A DNA stretch of 64,000 nucleotides from Gammaproteobacteria bacterium (GTDB lineage Bacteria; Pseudomonadota; Gammaproteobacteria; UBA4575), in the NCBI GenBank assembly GCA_965221955.1, contig CBDCTA010000005.1, positions 1 through 64,000 on the forward strand, read 5' to 3'. This document shows, piece after piece, positions 18,653 through 27,857 of this stretch; the first letter of the stretch is position 1; every line of letters starts with the position of its first letter. The notes under the pieces are model-generated. The model worked only from the letters and a program-made list of their open reading frames with translations. It ran no database searches and was not told the origin of the DNA. The translations under genes were made by a program, and so were the position numbers.

Positions 18653-20095
18653 ATGAAAAAAATATCATTTTTGACTTCTACGTTACTATTTTTCTGTCTC
18701 ACGCAAATCGCGGTTGCCGAAGATGAAATACGAAGTACGCTTGAAGATCAACAAGAGGTCGCAGTTACCATCTATAACGAGCAATTAGCACTTGTTAAAG
18801 ATTCAAGACGAATCAAGTTAGATAATGGATTTAATCGCCTTGCATATCGTGAAGTGAGCGCACAAATGCGACCTGAAACCGCGTTACTTCGAAGTATCGA
18901 CCATCCTGATGGGTTTCGTTTGATTGAACAAAATTTTGACTTTGATTTATTAACCCCACAGAAACTTCTAGAAAAATATGTGGGTAAAAAAGTTAGAGTA
19001 GTTAGAACACATCCAACTACTGGTGAAGAAAGAACTGAAGAAGCCGAAGTCTTAAGTGTAAATAATGGTGTTGTGTTAAGGGTTGGAAATCGAGTTGAAA
19101 CCGGTTATCCAGGTCGAATTATTTATGATGAGGTGCCTGAGAATTTGCGCGATCGTCCAACGCTGGTGATTTCGCTGGAAAGTGGTACCTCTAAAACTCA
19201 AGATTTACAGTTAAGTTATTTAACCGGTGGCTTAGGTTGGAAAGCGGACTATGTTGCCGAGTTGGATGAATCAGATCAATTTGTCGATTTGACGGGTTGG
19301 GTTACGTTAACGAACCAAAGTGGTGCCACGTATAAGAATGCTAAATTGCAATTAGTTGCGGGTGATGTGAATCAAGTGCGTCAAGAAATGAATATTCTGC
19401 AGCGGAATATGTCTGGGAAAGTGGGTATGGCAAAAGCAGCAGCACCTGCAATGGTTGAAGAGGGGTTGTTTGAATATCACCTTTATACTTTGCAACGCCC
19501 AACTACTATTTCTCATAATCAAACCAAGCAAGTGTCTTTACTAAGCGCAACCAAAATTCCTGTTAAAAAAGAATTTTTGCTACAAGGTCAAAATTATTAC
19601 TACCGCAGCTCGTATGGGCAAATTGGCCAAAAATTGAAAGTGGGCGTGTTTGTAGAGTTTGAAAATAAAGAAGAGTCTAATCTTGGTATGCCTTTGCCTA
19701 AAGGTGTAGTGCGAGTTTATAAAAATGATCAATCCGGTAATGCACAATTTGTTGGCGAAGATCGTATTGATCATACGCCTAAAAACGAAGAAATTAAGCT
19801 AAAACTTGGCGATGCGTTTGATGTGACGGCAGATAAAAAGCAAACCAACTTTAAAAAAGCGACCGCTATAGGAAAATATAGCCAAGCCTACACCGCAAGC
19901 TTTGAAGTAATATTAAAAAATGCTAAAGATGAAGCAGTGGAAGTCGTAGTTCGTGAACCCATCCCGGGTGACTGGAAAATGAAGCAAGAAAGCCATCAGC
20001 ACAAAAAAGTAGCAGCTGGTACTGCGGAATGGAGAATAAAAGTACCTGCTGAAGGCAAAACTACATTAAGCTATGATGTGTTGGTTCGTTACTAA
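18653..20095 (+). CDS. DUF4139 domain secreted protein (copy 2)
   Basis: Collinear paralog of copy 1 with long identical stretches. Confidence 0.85.
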   Translation: MKKISFLTSTLLFFCLTQIAVAEDEIRSTLEDQQEVAVTIYNEQLALVKDSRRIKLDNGFNRLAYREVSAQMRPETALLRSIDHPDGFRLIEQNFDFDLLTPQKLLEKYVGKKVRVVRTHPTTGEERTEEAEVLSVNNGVVLRVGNRVETGYPGRIIYDEVPENLRDRPTLVISLESGTSKTQDLQLSYLTGGLGWKADYVAELDESDQFVDLTGWVTLTNQSGATYKNAKLQLVAGDVNQVRQEMNILQRNMSGKVGMAKAAAPAMVEEGLFEYHLYTLQRPTTISHNQTKQVSLLSATKIPVKKEFLLQGQNYYYRSSYGQIGQKLKVGVFVEFENKEESNLGMPLPKGVVRVYKNDQSGNAQFVGEDRIDHTPKNEEIKLKLGDAFDVTADKKQTNFKKATAIGKYSQAYTASFEVILKNAKDEAVEVVVREPIPGDWKMKQESHQHKKVAAGTAEWRIKVPAEGKTTLSYDVLVRY

Positions 20096-20114
20096 GTTGA
20101 AGCAATAATAAATT

Positions 20115-21017
20115 TTGTATAACGCAAAGCCTCTAGACTGGCTGGGTATGGTGGCGCTTGTCATCATGTTTGGTAGTGCCTTCATGTTTACAAAGATCTC
20201 TGTTCAAGAGTATCCACCTGTGATTGTAACGGCGGGTAGAATCATCATTGCTGCTGGTTTATTGTTGTTAATTTCTGTAATTAGAAGAGATTCTTTTACA
20301 TTTATTCGGCGACATTGGGGACTATTAATTGCGCTAGCATTTTTTGGAAGTTGTTTGCCTTTTTATTTAATTAGTTGGGGGCAGCAAACAGTAGACAGCA
20401 GTATTGCTGGGATTCTGATGGCGGTGATGCCATTAACGACTATTGTGTTAGCACATTTTTTTGTTGTTGATGAAAAACTAACCACAAATAAAGTCATTGG
20501 TTTTTTTCTAGGGTTTGTAGGTATTCTCGTATTATTCGGGCCCGGAGCATTGGCTAATTTCGAAAGTGACGTGAATAGATTGCTAGCAATGCTCGCGATA
20601 TTAGCAGGAGCGATAAGTTATGCTGTGAATACAATTATTGCTAAACGCTTGCCCAAAGAAAGTTTTGTGGCGATGTCGGCAGCAGTTTTAATAATTGCTA
20701 GTCTGCTTATGTTACCTTCAATATTTATATCCAATCTAGATTGGACATTTTCAATTAGAAGCATTGAGTTCGCTTCTTTGGTTTTATTGGGTGTTTTCCC
20801 TACCGCAGTGGCTACCATCATTTATTTTGCAGTAATCGCAAGAGTGGGGCCTTCATTTTTAGCACAAATAAATTATTTAATTCCTGTTTGGGCTGTATTA
20901 GTGGGGGTTGTATTCTTAAATGAAAAGATCGGTTTCAATGCAATTATCGCTTTATTTATTATTTTACTTGGAATTGCACTTGCACAACGTAAGAAATTAT
21001 CGTTCGCGAGATTTTAA
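20115..21017 (+). CDS. DMT/EamA family transporter
   Basis: About 10 TM segments, duplicated EamA pattern. Confidence 0.9.
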   Translation: MYNAKPLDWLGMVALVIMFGSAFMFTKISVQEYPPVIVTAGRIIIAAGLLLLISVIRRDSFTFIRRHWGLLIALAFFGSCLPFYLISWGQQTVDSSIAGILMAVMPLTTIVLAHFFVVDEKLTTNKVIGFFLGFVGILVLFGPGALANFESDVNRLLAMLAILAGAISYAVNTIIAKRLPKESFVAMSAAVLIIASLLMLPSIFISNLDWTFSIRSIEFASLVLLGVFPTAVATIIYFAVIARVGPSFLAQINYLIPVWAVLVGVVFLNEKIGFNAIIALFIILLGIALAQRKKLSFARF

Positions 21018-21041
21018 GAACAACAAATTAAGGACTTTAGA

Positions 21042-21407
21042 ATGCAAAAGAATGTGCTTGGTGGTGATTTGCAGAGCTGTTGTGAGGAATTGTTAACAGG
21101 CTACTTTCGAAACGGGCGTTGTGATACTGATGAACATGATATTGGCATGCATACTGTGTGTGCAAATGTAACGAAAGAATTTTTAGAATTTTCTAAGATA
21201 AAAGGAAATGACTTAACTACACCTTATCCAGAAGCAGATTTCCCAGGTTTGAAACCTGGAGATAAATGGTGTTTGTGCGTGCAGCGCTGGATAGAAGCGC
21301 TAGAGGAAAATAAAGCGCCTAATATTTATTTACAGGCAACACATAGTTCAGTGTTGGAATATGTTGAACTAGAAGTGCTTGCAAAATATGCGCTAGATAA
21401 AAATTAA
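21042..21407 (+). CDS. DUF2237 family protein
   Basis: NVLGG-x-L-x2-C, TGYFRNG-x-C, FPGLKPGDKWCLC. Confidence 0.9.
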   Translation: MQKNVLGGDLQSCCEELLTGYFRNGRCDTDEHDIGMHTVCANVTKEFLEFSKIKGNDLTTPYPEADFPGLKPGDKWCLCVQRWIEALEENKAPNIYLQATHSSVLEYVELEVLAKYALDKN

Positions 21408-21436
21408 CATTTGTTCTAGTTTCAAGGAGGGTTAAT

Positions 21437-21976
21437 TTATTCTCTAGAGATGAATGCTTCAAGCGCCTCAGGTTTTACTGGGCCTGGATTATGACCTACT
21501 AAATGACCGTCTGGGTTAAACATCAAAAATGTAGGTGTACCACGTAAAGGTTCTTCTGTCGCAGATTGGTAATTAAAAGCGACTACAGTAATTTCCCCAA
21601 TTAAATTATCAAATGTCATTGGCATCTCATCGATGTGCTGAGTAATCTTATCAAGCTCGGAATAACCGTCCAAAGAAACGCCAATTACTTTTGCTTTAGT
21701 ATCTTTATGTTTGTCATGAAACTCTGAAATAACAGGGTATTCGCGTTGGCAAATTCCACAATCTGTTGTCCATAACATTACTAGGGTCCATTTATCTTTT
21801 TCAAAGTGCTGAGATAGAGTAGTAAACTTGCCTTCAAGCGTTCTGACTTCTGTCCAGTCAGACGCCATAGCGCCATAACTAAACAGCAACAGAATAAGTA
21901 GGCTGGCGATACATATGGATTGAAATAAATATGTGCGTTTCATAATGTTGGGGTTGAGTATAATCTTAGTTAACAC
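21437..21976 (-). CDS. TlpA-like periplasmic thioredoxin-fold protein
   Basis: Signal peptide, WTTDCGIC, GTPT. Confidence 0.85.
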   Translation of the reverse strand: MLTKIILNPNIMKRTYLFQSICIASLLILLLFSYGAMASDWTEVRTLEGKFTTLSQHFEKDKWTLVMLWTTDCGICQREYPVISEFHDKHKDTKAKVIGVSLDGYSELDKITQHIDEMPMTFDNLIGEITVVAFNYQSATEEPLRGTPTFLMFNPDGHLVGHNPGPVKPEALEAFISRE

Positions 21977-22073
21977 AACTATCAGTGTGCTGATTTTAGC
22001 TTAGAGTTAGTGGATAATTCGATAGTTCCGATGTGCTGCACTAATATACATAACAAATAACGAGCGAACAAAT

Positions 22074-22952
22074 ATGTCAAACAAAGATCTTCCATATAGC
22101 AGTATTCAGAGCGTGCTAGACCAGGTAGGTGCTTTGGCATTTCCAGGTATTTACGACACGCTTTCTGCAAAAATTGCCGAGCAAGTAGGGTTTCCCATGG
22201 GGTTCATTTCAGGATATTCACTTGCGGCGGCCACCATAGGGGAACCTGATTTTGGACTACTTACCCAAACCGAAGTAGTGGAACGAGCACGTGCTATTTG
22301 CAGTAGTGTTTCTATGCCTATTATTGTAGATGCAGATACCGGATATGGTAATCCATTAAATGTTCATCGTACGGTTACACAGTTAATTGATGCAGGTGCA
22401 AAAGGATGCTTTTTAGAAGATCAAGTTTGGCCAAAAAAATGTGGCCATATGCGTAATAAAAAAGTCATCGAACGTGAGGAATATCTATATAAAATTCAAG
22501 CAGCCGTTGATGCAAGAGGCAATAGTGATTTCTTTATTGTTGCACGTACTGATGCTGAAGCGGTTTTAGGTTTAGATGAAGCAATTGCAAGAGTAAAAGC
22601 AGCACGTAAAATTGGAGCTAATGCGAGCTTTGTTGAAGCACCTGGTTCATTAGAACAACTGAAAAGAATAGGACAAGAATCGCCGCATCCTAATGTTGCT
22701 AACATGATTGAGGGGGGAGCTACTCCTGTATTACCTAAGAGCAAGTTAGAAGAATTAGGCTTCCACTTAATTCTTTACCCCCTCACAGGTTTGTTTACAG
22801 CAGGTAAGGCAATGCGAGATATCTATTCAAAATTACAAAACGATGGTACAACGCTTGGTATGGAAGAAGCCTTGTTAAACTTTGAAGAGTTTAATGATTT
22901 GATTGGAGTTGAAGAGAAGTATAAGCAGTCTGAAAAATATGGTGTTAAGTGA
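22074..22952 (+). CDS. Isocitrate lyase / PEP mutase family lyase (PrpB-like)
   Basis: DADTGYG, EDQ-x2-PKKCGH, ARTDA. Confidence 0.88.
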   Translation: MSNKDLPYSSIQSVLDQVGALAFPGIYDTLSAKIAEQVGFPMGFISGYSLAAATIGEPDFGLLTQTEVVERARAICSSVSMPIIVDADTGYGNPLNVHRTVTQLIDAGAKGCFLEDQVWPKKCGHMRNKKVIEREEYLYKIQAAVDARGNSDFFIVARTDAEAVLGLDEAIARVKAARKIGANASFVEAPGSLEQLKRIGQESPHPNVANMIEGGATPVLPKSKLEELGFHLILYPLTGLFTAGKAMRDIYSKLQNDGTTLGMEEALLNFEEFNDLIGVEEKYKQSEKYGVK

Positions 22953-22954
22953 AG

Positions 22955-23074
22955 GAAGCCTTGATTTAACTTGGTTGCTTCGTTAAAAGATACCTCGAAA
23001 TCGTTCATGTATATTTAAATACATCATACTCTTCTCGATATTTTTTGCCTCGTCCCAAGCTAAATTAATACTTC
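22955..23074. repeat. Intergenic palindromic (MITE-like) element, copy 1
   Basis: Terminal IR TTGATTTAACTTGG / CCAAGCTAAATTAA; core similar to 59064-59197. Confidence 0.6.
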
Positions 23075-23075
23075 T

Positions 23076-24587
23076 TTAGGTTTCTATTATTTTTATTAGG
23101 TTTGGACTTAGTAAATAAGCTAAAGTGGTAAGCATTAACAAACATAATAAGTTTAACCAAAAACCTGATTTTCTCATTTCAGGCATAGAAATGTGTCCTG
23201 ATCCAAAAACAATTGCGTTAGGTGGTGTTGCAATTGGCAGCATAAACGCACAGCTCGCTGCAATAGCTGCAGGAATGATAAGTATATAAGGGTGTATGTT
23301 TAATGCAGGGGCTATGGCGGCAAGCACGGGTACTAACGTTGCAGTGGTTGCAGTATTCGACGTAAGTTCAGTAAGAAATACAACTGCACTCACAATAATC
23401 AAAAGGATAAGTAGTGGCGGCAAAATTGAAAGAATGGTTGCTTGTGCACCAATAAATTCAGTTACACCATTTGCTTTTACTGCTGCAGCTAAACTTAAAC
23501 CACCGCCTAACAAGATTAATATCCCCCAAGGTAGTTCTTTTAAGTTCTCCCATTGTAAAATAAACGACTGGTTTTTTGATTTACTAGGGATTAGAAATAA
23601 TGTAATCGCGGCAAAGATTGCAATACTGGAGTCCGTCAGGCCAGCTAGTGGTTTGTAATGGTTTCCATTTAATGAGAATTCTATGTTTTGTAAAAATGTG
23701 CGGCTTAGCCATAAAGCAATGGTGAAAGAGAAAACAAAACAAACTGCTTTTTCTTCATAGCTCATTTTTCCTAACGCATGTTTTTGCTCACGTAAAGATT
23801 GTGATGAGTGGCCAAGTTTGACTTTATCTACTTTATAAATGAGCTTAGCTAATAACCACCAAGCTACAGGTAATAATATGCATACAACGGGGACTCCAAT
23901 TTTAGTCCATTGCAGGAAACTGATGTCTTGTTGAAAAGGAGAGTCAATGGCGTCTTTAATAAAAGATACTACAAATAGATTTGGTGCTGTTCCAATAATT
24001 GTTGCAATGCCACCAATGTTTGCTGCATAAGCAATGCTTAACATAATGCAGGTTGCAAAAGCTTGTTGATTAAATTCCTTTCCAGCTAACAATACTATGA
24101 CACTTAAAGCAATCGGTAGCATCATTGCAGTGGTGGCTGTATTCGAGATAAACGCACTCAAAAATGCAGTAGCTAACATAAAGCCACCTACAATTCTGGA
24201 AGGAGAGTTGCCGATTTTTGTAAGAATTCCCAAAGCTATACGTTTATCTAAGCTCCAACGTTGAATCGCGATGGCAATAATAAAGCCGCCTAAAAATAAA
24301 AATATAATGTGAGATGCATAAGGCGCTGTTGCTGCTTTAATAGATGCCACCTCAAATAAAGGAAACAATGCGATGGGCATGAGTGCAGTAACAGTGATAT
24401 GTGTAGCTTCTGTTAACCACCAAATTGCCATCCACACGAGTAATGCAATGGTTGCTTTAGCAGGGTGTGCCAGGAGAGTTTGTTCACCATTACTTGCGAT
24501 ATAGTGGTCAGGTAACCACCAATAGACCACTAGTGCCAATATGGGGCCAGAAATAAGCCAAATACCCTTGAATTGAGGTGCTTTCAT
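23076..24587 (-). CDS. DASS/SLC13 family Na+-coupled anion symporter
   Basis: SNTATT twice, GTAPN, PIATPPNAI. Confidence 0.92.
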   Translation of the reverse strand: MKAPQFKGIWLISGPILALVVYWWLPDHYIASNGEQTLLAHPAKATIALLVWMAIWWLTEATHITVTALMPIALFPLFEVASIKAATAPYASHIIFLFLGGFIIAIAIQRWSLDKRIALGILTKIGNSPSRIVGGFMLATAFLSAFISNTATTAMMLPIALSVIVLLAGKEFNQQAFATCIMLSIAYAANIGGIATIIGTAPNLFVVSFIKDAIDSPFQQDISFLQWTKIGVPVVCILLPVAWWLLAKLIYKVDKVKLGHSSQSLREQKHALGKMSYEEKAVCFVFSFTIALWLSRTFLQNIEFSLNGNHYKPLAGLTDSSIAIFAAITLFLIPSKSKNQSFILQWENLKELPWGILILLGGGLSLAAAVKANGVTEFIGAQATILSILPPLLILLIIVSAVVFLTELTSNTATTATLVPVLAAIAPALNIHPYILIIPAAIAASCAFMLPIATPPNAIVFGSGHISMPEMRKSGFWLNLLCLLMLTTLAYLLSPNLIKIIET

Positions 24588-24653
24588 ATCTCTTCAGTCT
24601 AATAGTTTGATATACCTTTAAAAAATTTCATTCGCTAGAATATCAATAAGATA

Positions 24654-25691
24654 TTGGCTTTATTAACGATGCAAGCAAAAACACAAATTCAAGATACTTT
24701 ATCACGACCTATTCGTGATCTAAGAATTTCGGTTACGGATCGTTGTAATTTTCGTTGCACCTATTGTATGCCGAAAGAAGTGTTCAATTCAGAATATGAG
24801 TTTTTACGCAGAGATGATTTGCTTAGTTTCGAAGAAATCGCTCGAATATCAAAAATTTTCGCAAATATAGGCGTCAAAAAAATTCGTTTAACTGGGGGGG
24901 AGCCCTTATTACGAAAGAATCTTCCAGTTTTAATTAAGCAACTATCAAATATTGATGGAATTGAAGATATCAGTTTAACCACTAATGGTGTTCTTCTAAC
25001 TACTGAAGTTGCGCAGCAATTAAAAGATGCAGGCTTGAAACGCATTACCATTAGTTTAGATGCGCTGGATGACGAAACATTTAAAGCGATAAGCGATGTA
25101 AATTTTAATGTAGAAAAAGTATTAGCCTCTGTAGAACATGCTCAGAACGCAGAGCTTGACCCCATTAAAATTAACATGGTGGTGAAAAAAGGTATTAATG
25201 AACATTCTATTTTGCCAATGGCGAAACATTATCACGGCAGTGGCGTTATTTTACGTTTCATTGAATTCATGGATGTGGGTAGCACCAATCAATGGCAAAT
25301 GGATGATGTGTTTTCTGCTAAAGAAATTGCAAATGTAATTCATCAAGAGTTGCCTATTGAACCTGCAGAAGCTAATTATCACGGTGAAGTGGCAAAACGC
25401 TGGCAATATAAAGATGGTGGTGGAGAAATTGGAATTATTTCTTCTGTGACGCAACCATTTTGCCAAAGCTGCACACGCGCAAGGCTTTCTGCAGAAGGCA
25501 AACTCTATACTTGTTTATTTGCTACACAAGGTAAAGATTTACGCCATCTTGTTCGCGAACAAGCAGACGATAAACATATTCAAGATGTCATTACTGCAAT
25601 TTGGAAAAAACGCAATGATCGTTACTCAGAACTACGAACTTCTGAAACCGTCTTGCTCCCAAAAGTAGAAATGTCTTATATTGGTGGGTAA
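24654..25691 (+). CDS. moaA: GTP 3',8-cyclase MoaA (start probably ATG 24669)
   Basis: CNFRCTYC radical-SAM motif, FCQSCTRAR, C-terminal MSYIGG. Confidence 0.96.
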   Translation: MALLTMQAKTQIQDTLSRPIRDLRISVTDRCNFRCTYCMPKEVFNSEYEFLRRDDLLSFEEIARISKIFANIGVKKIRLTGGEPLLRKNLPVLIKQLSNIDGIEDISLTTNGVLLTTEVAQQLKDAGLKRITISLDALDDETFKAISDVNFNVEKVLASVEHAQNAELDPIKINMVVKKGINEHSILPMAKHYHGSGVILRFIEFMDVGSTNQWQMDDVFSAKEIANVIHQELPIEPAEANYHGEVAKRWQYKDGGGEIGIISSVTQPFCQSCTRARLSAEGKLYTCLFATQGKDLRHLVREQADDKHIQDVITAIWKKRNDRYSELRTSETVLLPKVEMSYIGG

Positions 25692-25759
25692 GCGCATGGA
25701 TGCGCGCATATGATGCCCATCAGGGATGATGTAACAGATTAAAGTTAGGTATTTTCAAA

Positions 25760-25787
25760 ATGTCCGCTTTCGGCCATAAGCGGACAT
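25760..25787 (-). repeat. A site of the solo cassette
   Basis: Reverse complement ATGTCCGCTTA-TGGCCG-AAAGCGGACAT. Confidence 0.95.
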
Positions 25788-25828
25788 TTTAGGTTACTAG
25801 TATTTATAATTAGTTATCTACTTAGAAA

Positions 25829-26116
25829 CTATAAAATATGTCGACGAATTAAAATCCAAGCAAGCGGCAGTAACGCAATCAAAGCCGATATTATTAATGA
25901 AGTTCTAAACGTGCCTTCTCGCGCTTCAATAATACACTGATATACAGCTATTCCTGCAATTACAAAGCTGAGCAACACCGGTATGAGAAACAAAGGTGCT
26001 GTAGACCATGCACCCCATCCATCATAATTGCGAATATATAATTCAATTCCAACAAGAACTGAAACAGGAATCAAGCAAAGAAATTCTAGTATATGCTTTC
26101 GGCCAATAGCGGTCAT
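25829..26116 (-). CDS. Solo-cassette cargo: small 3-TM membrane protein
   Basis: Hydrophobic ORF with ATGA overlap to the upstream gene. Confidence 0.72.
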   Translation of the reverse strand: MTAIGRKHILEFLCLIPVSVLVGIELYIRNYDGWGAWSTAPLFLIPVLLSFVIAGIAVYQCIIEAREGTFRTSLIISALIALLPLAWILIRRHIL

Positions 26117-26754
26117 TGATTAACTGGTTTCCAACGATACCAAGAAATTACTTTCCATTTATCTGCAAACAATAAATTCTGACTTATTCTCTTTGTCTCA
26201 CTTTCCATGATCAACCATCCATTTTGGCTTTTACTAAACTTTCGAGTTTCTGATGAACTATGATTGGCTAATACAATAGTATCAACGTTAAATCGTTTCT
26301 TTAAAATTAAGTTCCCATTCTCACAATGGAAGTCACCATTTTTAATACTTAATGTCTGAGTTCCTTTAGGGGAATTACGTTCCCACATTTTAATACTTAG
26401 CTGATCGTGGTTTGGCTGTTGCAGCTCAGCTACCGTACCAGACAAAACCACTTCACATCTGCTCTGCCATGTCCATCTTTTGCTATGACCTGTCCTATAA
26501 TAATCTTCAAATTCAGGCATTTTTTTCGATAAAAGTTGAAAATCTAAACGATAGCAGGAAAGGATTTGAGCTTTTGGGATTTCAGCATCCACATCATAAA
26601 ATCCTGAAACATTGGGGCATTGATTATTTTTATTTTCGTTTTCTAATTTTGACCACTCTATAGGATACTCAACGATTACATCCTCCATATACATGGAACA
26701 TGAGGTCAGTAAAATAATATGCATATAGATGATTGAAATTGAAATCACACGCAT
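26113..26754 (-). CDS. Solo-cassette cargo: hypothetical lipoprotein
   Basis: Lipobox LTSC; starts 29 nt after the B site. Confidence 0.75.
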   Translation of the reverse strand: MRVISISIIYMHIILLTSCSMYMEDVIVEYPIEWSKLENENKNNQCPNVSGFYDVDAEIPKAQILSCYRLDFQLLSKKMPEFEDYYRTGHSKRWTWQSRCEVVLSGTVAELQQPNHDQLSIKMWERNSPKGTQTLSIKNGDFHCENGNLILKKRFNVDTIVLANHSSSETRKFSKSQNGWLIMESETKRISQNLLFADKWKVISWYRWKPVNQ

Positions 26755-26783
26755 GTTTCAAGAGCCAATCTTTAGTGTGCTAA

Positions 26784-26811
26784 ATGTCCGCTTTGGGTCG
26801 TTAAAGGTCAT
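26784..26811 (-). repeat. B site of the solo cassette, abutting the moaB stop codon
   Basis: Reverse complement ATGACCTTTAA-CGACCC-AAAGCGGACAT. Confidence 0.93.
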
Positions 26812-27336
26812 TTATTTTTCTTTAAGCCGTGGCATCAACTCCACCAAGTTACATGGCCGACTTCTATAATCGAGCTGGTGTGAAATCAATTTATCCCAGG
26901 CTTCTGCACAAGCGCCTGCAGAGCCCGGTAAACAAAATATATACGTTGCATTGGCAACGCCTGCAAAAGCACGGGATTGCAGGGTGGAAGTTTTAATCGT
27001 TTCATAAGACAATACGCGAAACATTTCACCAAAACCGGTAATTTCTTTATCCAGCAAAGGGCGAATGGCTTCAGGGGTACCGTCTCGTCCGGTTACACCT
27101 GTTCCACCTGTAGTCAGTACGACATCAGACTTTTCCTCAGCAATCCATTTGGCTACTACGGCGCGAATTTTGTAGATATCATCCGGTACAATAATTTTTT
27201 CACGTAAGTCATGACCAGCTGTGGTTAGACGATCGCAAAGTAATTTACCGGACTTGTCGTCTGCTTCTGTGCGGGTATCTGATATTGTTAGAACCGCGAC
27301 ATTTAAAGGCTTAAAAGACCGTTCGTTGTTACTCAT
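26812..27336 (-). CDS. moaB: Molybdenum cofactor biosynthesis protein B
   Basis: TISDTR, TTGGTG-x-TGRD-x-TPEA, CLPGS. Confidence 0.95.
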   Translation of the reverse strand: MSNNERSFKPLNVAVLTISDTRTEADDKSGKLLCDRLTTAGHDLREKIIVPDDIYKIRAVVAKWIAEEKSDVVLTTGGTGVTGRDGTPEAIRPLLDKEITGFGEMFRVLSYETIKTSTLQSRAFAGVANATYIFCLPGSAGACAEAWDKLISHQLDYRSRPCNLVELMPRLKEK

Positions 27337-27405
27337 ATATAATAGTAGTTAAATTAAATATTCTATTTACTTAATGTAGCGTACTTAGCATTCAATGTCA
27401 TAGAA

Positions 27406-27843
27406 ATGAAAGTCGAAATTAGAGAATCGCAATATGATCCATGGTATGAAGCTTGTGTCCATGAAGAAGAATCTCTACGTAAAGGAGAGCACGGCGCTAA
27501 ATCTATTTTTATTGGTTCGATGCGAGATATGAATGAGGGAGATGCTGTTACTTCAATGGTGTTAGAGCATTATCCAGAGATGACGCAAAAGCACTTAGAG
27601 GCCATTGCGACAGAAGCATTAAAAAAATTTGATATTTTAGATGTACTTATTCTTCATCGAGTAGGCGAAGTATTTCCTAGTGATCCGATTGTATGTGTAG
27701 TGGTGTGGTCACTACATCGTGGAGCTGCATATGATGCAAACCGCTTTATTATGGAGGATTTAAAGTCTAAAGCACCGTTTTGGAAAAAAGAGACATTAGC
27801 AAGTGAGGCTAACCGTTGGGTGGAGAAAAACACACCTGGATAA
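27406..27843 (+). CDS. moaE: Molybdopterin synthase catalytic subunit
   Basis: LEHYPEM, HRVG, HR-x-AA, LKSKAPFWKKE. Confidence 0.95.
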   Translation: MKVEIRESQYDPWYEACVHEEESLRKGEHGAKSIFIGSMRDMNEGDAVTSMVLEHYPEMTQKHLEAIATEALKKFDILDVLILHRVGEVFPSDPIVCVVVWSLHRGAAYDANRFIMEDLKSKAPFWKKETLASEANRWVEKNTPG

Positions 27844-27857
27844 ATTAGAGCTTATTC

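Larger units (their letters stand above)
25694..26811 (-). mobile_element. Solo cassette module: B site, two genes, A site, conserved end; inserted between moaA and moaB
   Basis: Same A and B sites and end sequence as the 676-8742 array, on the minus strand. Confidence 0.8.
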
